Shown here: one piece after another, positions 28,572 through 36,755 of the stretch
How the letters are laid out: every line of letters starts with the position of its first letter
Numbering within the stretch: position 1 is the stretch's first letter
NCBI GenBank assembly: GCA_034422595.1
Contig: DAOUJO010000001.1
Location: 491,039-555,038, forward strand
Direction of reading: 5' to 3'
DNA: 64,000 nucleotides
Origin: Dehalococcoidia bacterium
GTDB taxonomy: Bacteria > Chloroflexota > Dehalococcoidia > Lucifugimonadales > Australimonadaceae
Notes under the pieces: generated by a model
What the model was told of the DNA's origin: nothing
What the model saw: the letters and a program-made list of their open reading frames with translations, nothing else
Databases searched by the model: none
Translations under genes and position numbers: made by a program

Positions 28572-28661
28572 TGGGCTGCACTATACCAACGGCAGGCCCA
28601 CTCCCATCCTGTCCATCCCTGATGAATCCATCCCCCCTCCGAAATCCGTTATCCTGTATGT

Positions 28662-29291
28662 ATGAACGGATCCCCACTGAAACGCGTCTTGCTGGCAGCC
28701 GCCGCGATGGCGGCGCTGCTGGCGCTCGCCGCGTGCGGCGGCGGTGACGACCCGGTTGCGCCCGGCTCGTCGTCCGGCTCCGTCGCGTTGGAAGTGCCGG
28801 ACATCGAGATCAGCGCCTACCAGGGGCAGGACGCGCTCGGCGGCGAGGACACGACGCTGTCGGCGGTCGTCGGCCAGGGCAAGCCAGTGGTGCTGAACTT
28901 CTGGGCCGCGCTCTGCCCGCCCTGCCGAGCCGAGTTGCCGGAGTTCGAGCGCGTCCACCACGAACGCAGCGACGAGGTCACGATCCTCGGCATCGACATC
29001 GGCCCGCAGCAGTTCCTCGGCACGCGCGAGGAAGGACAGGAACTCCTCGCCGAGCTCGGCGTCTCCTTCCCCGCGGGCACGACGTTCGACGACTCGGTCG
29101 TGCGCGGGTTCGAGGTCTTCAGCATGCCGACCACGTTCTTCATCGGGGCCGACGGCAGCGTCATGCGGAAGTGGAGCGGCATCCTCGACGAAGAGAAACT
29201 GAACGACCTCATCGACGAACTGCTGGGCGGAGCGCCCGTGGCGTCAGAAGAGGCGAGCGCGTCCAGCCTGCCTGACGACGACTTCGTCTGA
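28662..29291 (+). CDS. TlpA/ResA-like thiol:disulfide oxidoreductase lipoprotein
   Basis: ORF 28662..29291. Lipobox LALAACGG. Thioredoxin motif FWAALCPPC. Confidence 0.85.
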   Translation: MNGSPLKRVLLAAAAMAALLALAACGGGDDPVAPGSSSGSVALEVPDIEISAYQGQDALGGEDTTLSAVVGQGKPVVLNFWAALCPPCRAELPEFERVHHERSDEVTILGIDIGPQQFLGTREEGQELLAELGVSFPAGTTFDDSVVRGFEVFSMPTTFFIGADGSVMRKWSGILDEEKLNDLIDELLGGAPVASEEASASSLPDDDFV

Positions 29292-29335
29292 CCGTTCGAG
29301 GACGCGGCCGTGACGCCGCTGCAGGAGACGTAGCG

Positions 29336-30391
29336 ATGAATGACATGCCGGCTGCCGACGGCGACGGCCACGTTCTGGAGAACGCGAAGCGGATCGCCGA
29401 ACTGCTGGACGAGCCGTACCGCGGCTACCGCGTCGGCAGCAATGCCTCCCCTGACGTGATGCCCATCGAACCGCTCACCCCGCTGGACGGCATGCCGCGG
29501 AGTCTCGGCGCAAGCCGCGTCGGCGGACGCGCCTACACCGCCGAGGACTGGCTCGCCGCGCTGGACCGCGGGCCGCTGGAGTGGTCGGCGGTCTACCCCA
29601 CGCTCGGCCTCTACGCCGGCTACGTGAGGGACCCCGCCTACCAGGCCACCCTCTGCCGCGCCTACAACGATTGGCTCGCCGAGACGTTCTACCCGCACTG
29701 CGACGGACGCATCCTCGGCGTGGCCCTGCTCCCGACGCTCGACCCCGCAGCCGCAGCGGCCGAGCTGCGCCGCGCCGCCGGACTCGGCCACGCGGGCGTC
29801 ATGTTCCCGGCGGACGGCACGCACCTCCTCGGCCACGCTCGCTACGACGTCGTCTACGAGGCCGCGCGTGAGGCGCGCCTCCCGGTCGCGGTGCACGCCT
29901 CCGGCTCGCCGTTCGCCCCCGGCGCGGAGATCTTCCCCACGTTCATCCAGGCGCACTCGGTCGCCCACCCGTACGGCATCATCCGGCAGTTCACGAGCAT
30001 GATGTTCGAGGGCGTCTTCGAACGCTTCCCGGAGGTCAACTTCGGATTCCTGGAAGCGGGCGCGACGTGGCTCCCCTGGTGGCTCGACCGCATGGACGAG
30101 GAGTACGAGTCGCGCGGCGCAGCCGAGGCCCCGCTCCTCACGCGCGCGCCGAGCACGTTCGTCCACAAGGGCGGCAACGTCTTCGTCGGCTGCGAGCCGA
30201 ACGAGCGCATGCTCGGGCAGGTGCTCGACCTCGTCGGCGACGACGTGGTGATGTACGCGTCGGACTACCCGCACTGGGACTCGGACTACCCCGGCTCGCT
30301 CCAGCACATGCGCTCCCGGGAGGACCTCACCGACGCCCAGCGGCGCGGCGTCCTCTACGAGGCCGCCAACCGCTTCTACTACCGCTCGTAG
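29336..30391 (+). CDS. Amidohydrolase-2 family protein (ACMSD-like metal-dependent hydrolase or decarboxylase)
   Basis: ORF 29336..30391: VAVHASG, YASDYPHWDSDYP. Confidence 0.8.
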   Translation: MNDMPAADGDGHVLENAKRIAELLDEPYRGYRVGSNASPDVMPIEPLTPLDGMPRSLGASRVGGRAYTAEDWLAALDRGPLEWSAVYPTLGLYAGYVRDPAYQATLCRAYNDWLAETFYPHCDGRILGVALLPTLDPAAAAAELRRAAGLGHAGVMFPADGTHLLGHARYDVVYEAAREARLPVAVHASGSPFAPGAEIFPTFIQAHSVAHPYGIIRQFTSMMFEGVFERFPEVNFGFLEAGATWLPWWLDRMDEEYESRGAAEAPLLTRAPSTFVHKGGNVFVGCEPNERMLGQVLDLVGDDVVMYASDYPHWDSDYPGSLQHMRSREDLTDAQRRGVLYEAANRFYYRS

Positions 30392-30819
30392 TCCCCGGCC
30401 GGCCCGAACTTCTCCAGCGCCCAGCGCGCCTTCTCGCGCGGGACGCCGCACCGTGCGGCCAGCCGGACCTCGCCCACGCCGTTCATCGCCTGCGGCGGCA
30501 GCAGCAGCCCGGCGGCGAACTCCTCCGCCTGCCGCTCGGCCTTCACCCGGTTCACCCACTGCCACGACGCCAGGTAGAGGCTCGTGCCCGTGTGCAGCGC
30601 GTGATGACCGACGGCGTGCGCCGTGAGCCACCGCTGCCAGCTCTCCGGCAGCGACTCTTCGATGCCGATGGCGCCCTCGAAGATCACCTCGCGCAGACGG
30701 CCGCGGAACCGCCACGGGACGACCTCGAGGCCGAGGCCCTGCAGCACCGGGGTGAGGTCGCCGCCGGGTTGGATGGCGTAGCGCTCCGCAAGGTCGCGCC
30801 CCAGCCGGAATGCGCGCAT
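30379..30819 (-). CDS. ImmA/IrrE-like (COG2856-type) protein with a degenerate metalloprotease motif HAVGH
   Basis: Within ORF 30379..30867. ATG 30819 preceded by AGGAGGAG. WLTAHAVGHHALH occupies the position where the family carries HExxH. The codon for the second residue is GCC. Confidence 0.6.
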   Translation of the reverse strand: MRAFRLGRDLAERYAIQPGGDLTPVLQGLGLEVVPWRFRGRLREVIFEGAIGIEESLPESWQRWLTAHAVGHHALHTGTSLYLASWQWVNRVKAERQAEEFAAGLLLPPQAMNGVGEVRLAARCGVPREKARWALEKFGPAGDYER

Positions 30820-30922
30820 GACAACTCCTCCTGCGCGGGGGATACGCTCATTCTCGCAACCCGGCATCGCATCCCGCGACGGGCGCGTGTCAGCATTGCC
30901 ACGCCATTACGAACAGAGCCGA

Positions 30923-30972
30923 GGGATCTCTGAGCAGGAGATCGGGTGTAGGGGCGCCCCTTGTGGGTGCCC
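30923..30972. repeat. GC-rich composite repeat (gatctc-N7-gagatc hairpin plus gtaggggcgcccc-ttgt-gggtgccc)
   Basis: Read directly. Lies between the ImmA-like start and the XRE stop. Resembles a widespread GGGCxCCCACAAGGGxCGCCCCTAC-type element (recollection). Confidence 0.45.
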
Positions 30973-31002
30973 TTCGCGCCAGCGGAGAGAAGCGCCTGTT
31001 CC

Positions 31003-31374
31003 CTACGTCAGCGGACGCGGCTTGCGCTTGCTCCGCACGTAGCGCGCGAAGTCCCGCACCTGCTCCCACTCGTCGGAGTCGAGGTCGCCGACCTCGTAGA
31101 GCCGCGCGAGGTCGGACTCCTTGATGGGAGTCTCGTACTCTTCCTCGTTCAGGTGTCCCGCGAGCACGAGCAGGCGTCCCAGCGGCACGCCCATCGCCTC
31201 CGCGACCTTCCGCAGGGTCGAGGGCATCGGGACCGTCCCGTGGTTGAACAGGACGCTGAGCGATGCGTGCGGCACTCCCGCGCGGCGCGCGAGCGCCAAC
31301 TGCGAGACCTCACGCTCCGTGAGCCAGCGTCTGATGTATGCGGCGAGCGTATCGCCCGGCTGTTGCGTTGTCAT
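31003..31374 (-). CDS. XRE-family helix-turn-helix transcriptional regulator
   Basis: Within ORF 31003..31536, start ATG 31374. HTH region LTEREVSQLALARRAGVPHASLSVLFNHG. Confidence 0.8.
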   Translation of the reverse strand: MTTQQPGDTLAAYIRRWLTEREVSQLALARRAGVPHASLSVLFNHGTVPMPSTLRKVAEAMGVPLGRLLVLAGHLNEEEYETPIKESDLARLYEVGDLDSDEWEQVRDFARYVRSKRKPRPLT

Positions 31375-31480
31375 GGCGTGATTGTACACGCTAACGGCAG
31401 CACCGGACATGATTCCTGTGACACTGCCCCGTTGCGCAACTGACACGTCTGCCGCCATCATGTCATAGGAGAAACATCGT

Positions 31481-31500
31481 TCTGACGCTGCAGCGTCAGA
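31481..31500. promoter_or_regulatory. Perfect 20-nt palindrome TCTGACGCTGCAGCGTCAGA, a candidate XRE operator
   Basis: Self-complementary over all 20 nt. It ends 1 nt before the AGGAGGAG of the divergent zinc-ribbon ORF. Confidence 0.5.
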
Positions 31501-31515
31501 CAGGAGGAGCGACCG

Positions 31516-31739
31516 ATGGCAGAGCCGACCGTCCATGAGCAGGTGCGTTGTCCGCGTTGCGCGGCGCGCGGGAGCTGACCAGCCTCCCGGAAGAGGGGCA
31601 CCCGATCTTCATGTGCCCGTTCTGCAGGCACACGTGGTGCGAGCAGGGGCGCATCCGCACGTCCCGCGCCGTGCCCCAACGGCCGGTCGGCGCGCGGTCC
31701 GCATCCTTCCCGGTGCGGAAGCAGGAGGACATCGGATGA
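31516..31739 (+). pseudogene. Small zinc-ribbon protein split by an apparent 1-nt frameshift near 31570-31575
   Basis: AGGAGGAG (31502-31509) followed by ATG 31516 encodes MAEPTVHEQVRCPRCAARGS, stop 31576-31578. The -1 frame continues ELTSLPEEGHPIFMCPFCRHTWCEQ... to 31739. Joined, this reads CPRC-x18-CPFC. Confidence 0.45.
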
Positions 31740-31909
31740 AGAGAACGCTGTCCGAACTGGGTACCGTGTTCGCGGCGCTGGGCGTGCTGCCGCTCGGTCC
31801 GCTGCTCGCGTCGAGCTACGCCGGGCTCGCATGGGAGGCGCTTGCGCTGGCAGCGGCGTGGGCGCTCAGCTGGTACGTCTGGCTCGCCTCGCGCCTCCGC
31901 CGGGAGTGA
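31736..31909 (+). CDS. 57-aa predicted two-TM membrane peptide
   Basis: ATG 31736 preceded by AGGAGG. ATGA overlap with the zinc-ribbon ORF stop. MKRTLSELGTVFAALGVLPLGPLLASSYAGLAWEALALAAAWALSWYVWLASRLRRE. Confidence 0.5.
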   Translation: MKRTLSELGTVFAALGVLPLGPLLASSYAGLAWEALALAAAWALSWYVWLASRLRRE

Positions 31910-31997
31910 CCCCCTTGCGCCCCGTACCCGCCTTGACCCGCGAGCGGGGCGCTGCTAGCCTTCCAAGGAAGAAGTCCGCCACCAAGGAGCAGACGGC

Positions 31998-32429
31998 ATG
32001 ACGAACATCAACATTGGCACGGCAGGCACGGAGACCGGCGAGCCCGCCATCACCGTGACCGACCTCGCGGCGGAGAAGCTGGCCGGGGTGCTGGCCGAAG
32101 AGGGACAGCCCGAGGCCATGCTGCGCGTCATCGTCGTTCCCAACGGGCACGGCGCGCAGTACATGCTCTCGCTCGAGGACAAGCTCGCAGAGGACGACCT
32201 CGTGCTGTACGAGTCCGGCATCCGCGTCATCGCCGACGAGGACAGCGCCCCGCTCCTGCAAGGCGCCTCCATCGACTACTCGGAGGGGCTGATGCGCAGC
32301 GGGTTCGTTATCGAGAACCCCAACATCGCCCCCAGTAGCGGCGGCGGGTGCGGCTCCGGCGCGTGCGGTTGCGGCTCCGGCGGCGGTGGGGGATGCGGCT
32401 CCGGAGGCTGCGGTTGCGGCGGCCAATAG
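31998..32429 (+). CDS. HesB/IscA-like Fe-S cluster assembly protein with a Cys/Gly-rich C-terminal tail
   Basis: ORF 31998..32429. IscA-like core (ITVTDLAAEKL...LRVIVVP...IDYSEGLMRSGFVIENPN). Tail is SSGGGCGSGACGCGSGGGGGCGSGGCGCGGQ. Confidence 0.8.
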   Translation: MTNINIGTAGTETGEPAITVTDLAAEKLAGVLAEEGQPEAMLRVIVVPNGHGAQYMLSLEDKLAEDDLVLYESGIRVIADEDSAPLLQGASIDYSEGLMRSGFVIENPNIAPSSGGGCGSGACGCGSGGGGGCGSGGCGCGGQ

Positions 32430-32456
32430 CCCACGCCGCGGAAACAGGTATGCATG

Positions 32457-32492
32457 GAAGCGCCCCGCTTGAGTGGGGCGCTTCTCTTTCTC
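32457..32492. terminator. Bidirectional terminator hairpin between convergent genes
   Basis: gaagcgcccc (32457-32466) pairs with ggggcgcttc (32475-32484), followed by tctttctcc. Confidence 0.65.
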
Positions 32493-34793
32493 CTACGGCT
32501 CGGCGCGGTCGAGCGACCACACCCGGAAGTCGTTGAACTGCGTCTGCTGCCCCGGCAGTCTGCCGCCCTCGAAGAATCCTGAGCCGATGCCGACGCTGCC
32601 GTGCGGCGCGCCATCCTGAAGGTCCAGCACCGACACCTGTTCCCCGTTCACGTAGAGCAGACCCGTTTCGCCGACCACCACGAGCATCAGCGTATTCTGA
32701 GCACCTTCCCTGGTGTTCAGGTTGAGCACTCTGCCCGACCTGCCGGATGCAGTCCCGCCTCCTCCTCCCCGGAGGAAGTGGTTCCACTCCCTGTTGCTGC
32801 CGACGTAGACGCCGTGGTAGCTGTCCGGCCCTGACCCGCGGAACGTGAAGCCGTAGTCCCACCAGCCCGCGCTGCCCTCGTTCGGATTGGTGAACGTCGC
32901 AACCGCGATGAAGTCGCTCGGGCTGCCCGCGGCGAGTGACCGCTCGATGAAACCGTCCTCCGTGTGGTCGAGAACACCCGACCGGTTGCCGATCGGCTGA
33001 GGCTCGTGCACCGAGAACTCGCGGAAGCGCGTCGACCGGCCGGTCACCTCGTTACCGTCGTGATACCCGGTGATCACGGAGATATTGCCTTCCGCCGGGC
33101 CGCCGCTCAGGTCCAGCGTCCCGATCGCTCTGCCGTTGAGGAAGAGCCAGCCCTGGTCTCCCAGAACGGCGAGGCGCAGGTCGTTCACTCCTTCCGAACC
33201 CAGCCACAATCCGGAGGCATCGCCGCTGCCGACGAGCCGGGCCTCGTCGGCGCCGTCCCGCAGGTAGTGGAACCACATCCCGCTGACGTTCTCGACGATG
33301 ACCGCGTGGAAGTTGTTCTGCCCTGCGTCCCTGAACAGGAAGCCGTAGTCCCATCCGCTGATCACGGCGGGATAGGGATTGTGCAACTCCGCTGCAGCAA
33401 CGAAGTCGCTCCGCAGGAGCCCCGCGCCATGCTCTTCGATGAACTCATCCTCGTCATGGTGCAGATAGCCCTCGATCGGCCCGAACGGTCCGGGCGTGTC
33501 GACCACTGTGTCCCGTCCTGTGCCGGGGTCGTCCACCCGCGCGCCCGCCTTCAACGTGGGCAGCACCGCGAGCACCGTCTCCGAACCTATCGCGAAGCCG
33601 ACGCCCTCGACGGGAACTCCCGTGCCCGACTCCCGGATGACGAACGCGGTGATCCCCACGACCTCCCCGCCTGCAGTGAACAGCGCGCCGCCGCTGTTGC
33701 CCACGTTGAGCGAGGCGTCCGTCTGCACCTCCCACCGCTCCAGCGACGCCTCGAAGTTCACGCCGGAGACGATGCCGCGCGTCATCACCGCCGAGTCGCT
33801 GTCCAGCGGGTAGCCCATCGTGAACACGTCGGCCCCCTGCGCCGGACGCGTTGCGCTCAGCTCCACCGCCTGGAACGACTCCGAACAGCAGACGCTCAGC
33901 GCAGCGAGGTCCTTCGTGCCGTCCGAGCCCAGGAGGGTTGCGTCGTACGAACCGCCGTCCTCGGCGAGCACCCGGACGTTGCCGGGGTCGTCCTCGATGA
34001 CGTGGAAGTTCGTCACGACGACCGCCTTACCCGAGTCGTCCACCTCCACGATGACGCCGGAGCCGACGGCACTACCGGTCGCCACCTTCACCACGCTCGG
34101 ACGCACCAGCGCAGCGAGCGCCACGAGGTCGATGGGCTCCGGGGTCGGCGTGGCCGTGTTCTCGGGCGTGGGGTCGGCCGTCGGCGCGGGAGTCGGGGTC
34201 GGCGTGGGTGCCGGACTCGGCGTCGGGGTCGGCGTTGGTATCGGGGTGGCCGTTGCCGTTGGCGTCGGGGTGGGCGTCAGCGTCGGCGTCGCAGTGGGCA
34301 CAAGAGTGGGCGTCGGCGTCGGCGCCGGCTGCGTCGGCGTGGGTGTCGGTCCCGGCAGTTCGCCGCCGAACCCCAGGTAGAAGACGGCTGCCGCTCCGCC
34401 CGCTGCCGCAGCGACCAGAAGCCCAACGATCATGAGGACCAGCGCGACGGTGCAGCAACGTCCGCGCCCATGACGTCGTCCGCCTCCGCCTTCCCCGTCG
34501 CCGTCACCCCCGCCACCGTCGTCCCCGCCGTCTTCGCCCTCTCCGTCGTCGGAGCCGCTCTCCGGAGGTTGCCCCGACAGCGCCCGGAGGCGTGCCTCTT
34601 CATACTGCCTCGCACGCTCGATCTCCATGCGCCGCCGTTCGTTGAGCCGCCGCTCCTCCTCGCGGCGGTGGGCTACGCCCTCCTCTATCTCGCGGCGCAG
34701 TTCCGAGCGGTGCCGGTACTCGGCAAGCTGCTCCTCTTCCGTTGGGCGGTCCCCGTTCGATGTCATGCTCCTCGCTCGATGCCTCCGCGCCAA
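32493..34793 (-). CDS. Membrane-anchored trypsin-like (S1) serine protease with a PT-rich linker and two C-terminal jelly-roll-like domains
   Basis: ORF 32493..34793 (TTG start; ATG 34766 is an alternative). TM helix [21 protein letters not shown]. Protease motifs VVTNFHV and GNSGGALF. Duplicated GWDYGFLFR / WWDYGFTFR domains. Confidence 0.8.
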   Translation of the reverse strand: MARRHRARSMTSNGDRPTEEEQLAEYRHRSELRREIEEGVAHRREEERRLNERRRMEIERARQYEEARLRALSGQPPESGSDDGEGEDGGDDGGGGDGDGEGGGGRRHGRGRCCTVALVLMIVGLLVAAAAGGAAAVFYLGFGGELPGPTPTPTQPAPTPTPTLVPTATPTLTPTPTPTATATPIPTPTPTPSPAPTPTPTPAPTADPTPENTATPTPEPIDLVALAALVRPSVVKVATGSAVGSGVIVEVDDSGKAVVVTNFHVIEDDPGNVRVLAEDGGSYDATLLGSDGTKDLAALSVCCSESFQAVELSATRPAQGADVFTMGYPLDSDSAVMTRGIVSGVNFEASLERWEVQTDASLNVGNSGGALFTAGGEVVGITAFVIRESGTGVPVEGVGFAIGSETVLAVLPTLKAGARVDDPGTGRDTVVDTPGPFGPIEGYLHHDEDEFIEEHGAGLLRSDFVAAAELHNPYPAVISGWDYGFLFRDAGQNNFHAVIVENVSGMWFHYLRDGADEARLVGSGDASGLWLGSEGVNDLRLAVLGDQGWLFLNGRAIGTLDLSGGPAEGNISVITGYHDGNEVTGRSTRFREFSVHEPQPIGNRSGVLDHTEDGFIERSLAAGSPSDFIAVATFTNPNEGSAGWWDYGFTFRGSGPDSYHGVYVGSNREWNHFLRGGGGGTASGRSGRVLNLNTREGAQNTLMLVVVGETGLLYVNGEQVSVLDLQDGAPHGSVGIGSGFFEGGRLPGQQTQFNDFRVWSLDRAEP
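34134..34352 (-). repeat. Coding low-complexity Pro/Thr linker (aa 148-220 of the protease)
   Basis: [62 protein letters not shown]. Confidence 0.8.
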
Positions 34794-34883
34794 AGGAGTG
34801 CCTATCGCAAGACACAGCGTTTAACGCTAACACGAGCCCTGCGGTTTACTGACCGAGGTTGGGCTGCATGCTTTGCCGTACGT

Positions 34884-36740
34884 CTACCGCACGGGTTGGG
34901 TTACGGAGAGTTTGATCAGGAGATCCGAGTTGTCTCTAAACACCACAACGGTATAGACCCCCGGCTTGGTCGCACGGTTTCCCAGGGAAGCAGTGAATCT
35001 GAAAGATGAAGTGTTCTCATCCCATCTGTCAGCCTCTACGTAGACGGCACCGAGATTCGAGTATGAGGAGCCAGCCGGAGCAGGCGGGATGATACCCGCA
35101 ATACGTTCGCCGCACGTCTCGATGAACCCAACGCCGCCGATGCATGCCCCAGAGTTGAGGAACTCTATCTCGCCTATAGTCAGAGGAGCATTGGGCGGTG
35201 TGTAGTAGATATCGATAGTTCTGTGAACGCGAACCCCCGATTCCCGCTTTGATAGAGACAGTGCGAAAGCGCCGCCAAGCGATAAGGACGGCCCGTCGTC
35301 GGCCTCAGCAGCCCCACCTCCGAAGAGTTGAGCAAATGTATATCGCCTACCATCGTACGCAATCCCAATGTTCAGGGTCTGATGTGCCGGATCGAGGATG
35401 TTGCGTCGGTGCCCGGGAGAACCCATGAGACCCTGTTGGAGGCGTACGATGGCATCCCGAGGAGGGGCAAGCCGACAATTCGTAAGAGAAACGCACCCCC
35501 AGTCGGCAGTGTTCTCTTGTGCGTAGCTCGTTCCACCTGTCTCGGAATAAACCTGTGTCGGGTCGCGTCCGTCTATCCACCAATGACCGCTGTAGTTGTG
35601 TTCAAGCATGTCCTCGGCATGGAGTTGTGCTGCTGGATTCGAGCCAAGGGTTACGGGCCGCAGACCGTGTCCTGCTCTGTCCTTGTTCACAAGTTCGAGC
35701 GCGAGCAAGCGCAACTCCTCTACCTCGGAAGCACTCAGCCTCTGCTTACCCACTAACGGCGTCGATGTCGCAGTAGGTCGTGGTCGTAGTGTTGGCGTGG
35801 CAGTCGGTGTTGGACGCGGGGTCGCCGTAGCCGTTGGGGTTGCTGCAGGTGGCGGCGTGGGTGTCGCTGTGGGACAAGGCGGGAGCGGCGTAGAGGTAGG
35901 CGGCCCGAGCGTGGGTGTCACCGTGGGCGGCTCTGGGGTGGGGGTAGGCGTCGGCGTCAGTGGGGCAAGCAGACTCCGGCACTCCGCAACCGGCGCATGG
36001 TTCTGAACTGCCTCGGTGAACAGGCCGCGCTGGTGGCGCAGCCAGATCATCCACGAGAGTGCAGCAGCGCCCTGGCCGGGAACAGGTTCCCGCTCCAGCC
36101 GGTGCGCGTCTACCAGGAACTCGGCGGTCTCGAGGTGCACCTCGAACACGGCCACCCGGCGGCACGCGTCAACCGGCAGCAGGCTGCCCAGGTCGTCCAG
36201 TCCGGTGTCGAACACGGCGAAACTCTCCGCGAGCGCGGCGTCCACCTGCTCCCTGCTCCAGTCGCCTGCCCGCTCGCGCCACTCGTCCGAGAGCGGTTCC
36301 GGCGCCTCCCAGGCGGGCGTTGGTGTTGCTCCGGGAATGGGCGTTGCCAACAGCGCGGGGGTTGGCGTTGCGCCTGGAGCGTCAGGCGTGGGCGTGGGAT
36401 CGGCGCACGGGTATGGCGTCGGAGTGGGCCCAGCGAGCACTGGCGCAGGCGTTGGTGTGGGAGCGCCTTCCTGCCCGGCCTGGGGAGTGGGAGTCGGGGT
36501 CGACAGGAACTCGAACTCGACTGGCAGCCCGTGTTGCGTGTACCAGTAGTAGCCCCCGCCGATGGCCGCGATGAGCAGCAGCAGGGCGAGCCAGCAGCAC
36601 CCGTGCCCGCCCGACGAACCGCCTCCGGGACTGACGACAGTAGCAGTGCGTCCTCTACCACCCCCGCGTGACCGGCCCCCCTGCGGTCCGGGAGCCATAC
36701 CCCGGCGCTCCCGGTAGTACTCCCTGTCCTGGATCGGCAT
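34884..36740 (-). CDS. Membrane-anchored CAP/SCP (PR-1, YkwD-like) domain protein with two PT-rich linkers
   Basis: ORF 34884..36740. TM helix CCWLALLLLIAAIGGG. CAP-type motifs NKDRAGHGLRPV, YSGHWW, GSPGHRRNIL. Confidence 0.8.
   Translation of the reverse strand: MPIQDREYYRERRGMAPGPQGGRSRGGGRGRTATVVSPGGGSSGGHGCCWLALLLLIAAIGGGYYWYTQHGLPVEFEFLSTPTPTPQAGQEGAPTPTPAPVLAGPTPTPYPCADPTPTPDAPGATPTPALLATPIPGATPTPAWEAPEPLSDEWRERAGDWSREQVDAALAESFAVFDTGLDDLGSLLPVDACRRVAVFEVHLETAEFLVDAHRLEREPVPGQGAAALSWMIWLRHQRGLFTEAVQNHAPVAECRSLLAPLTPTPTPTPEPPTVTPTLGPPTSTPLPPCPTATPTPPPAATPTATATPRPTPTATPTLRPRPTATSTPLVGKQRLSASEVEELRLLALELVNKDRAGHGLRPVTLGSNPAAQLHAEDMLEHNYSGHWWIDGRDPTQVYSETGGTSYAQENTADWGCVSLTNCRLAPPRDAIVRLQQGLMGSPGHRRNILDPAHQTLNIGIAYDGRRYTFAQLFGGGAAEADDGPSLSLGGAFALSLSKRESGVRVHRTIDIYYTPPNAPLTIGEIEFLNSGACIGGVGFIETCGERIAGIIPPAPAGSSYSNLGAVYVEADRWDENTSSFRFTASLGNRATKPGVYTVVVFRDNSDLLIKLSVTQPVR
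35757..35963 (-). repeat. Coding low-complexity Pro/Thr linker (aa 260-328 of the CAP protein)
   Basis: [68 protein letters not shown]. Confidence 0.8.
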
Positions 36741-36755
36741 GAACCCTGACTACTC

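Noticed and set aside
31566-31578. Programmed -1 ribosomal frameshift in the zinc-ribbon ORF.
   Set aside because: There is no X-XXY-YYZ slippery heptamer and no obvious downstream pseudoknot. A simple indel, either a sequencing error or a mutation, is the more economical explanation, though recoding cannot be excluded.
34134-34352. GC-rich short tandem repeats (ggcgtcggggtcggcg...), considered as a possible VNTR or regulatory array. Also seen at 35757-35963 and 57248-57361.
   Set aside because: They are the antisense image of in-frame Pro/Thr linker codons inside three secreted proteins.
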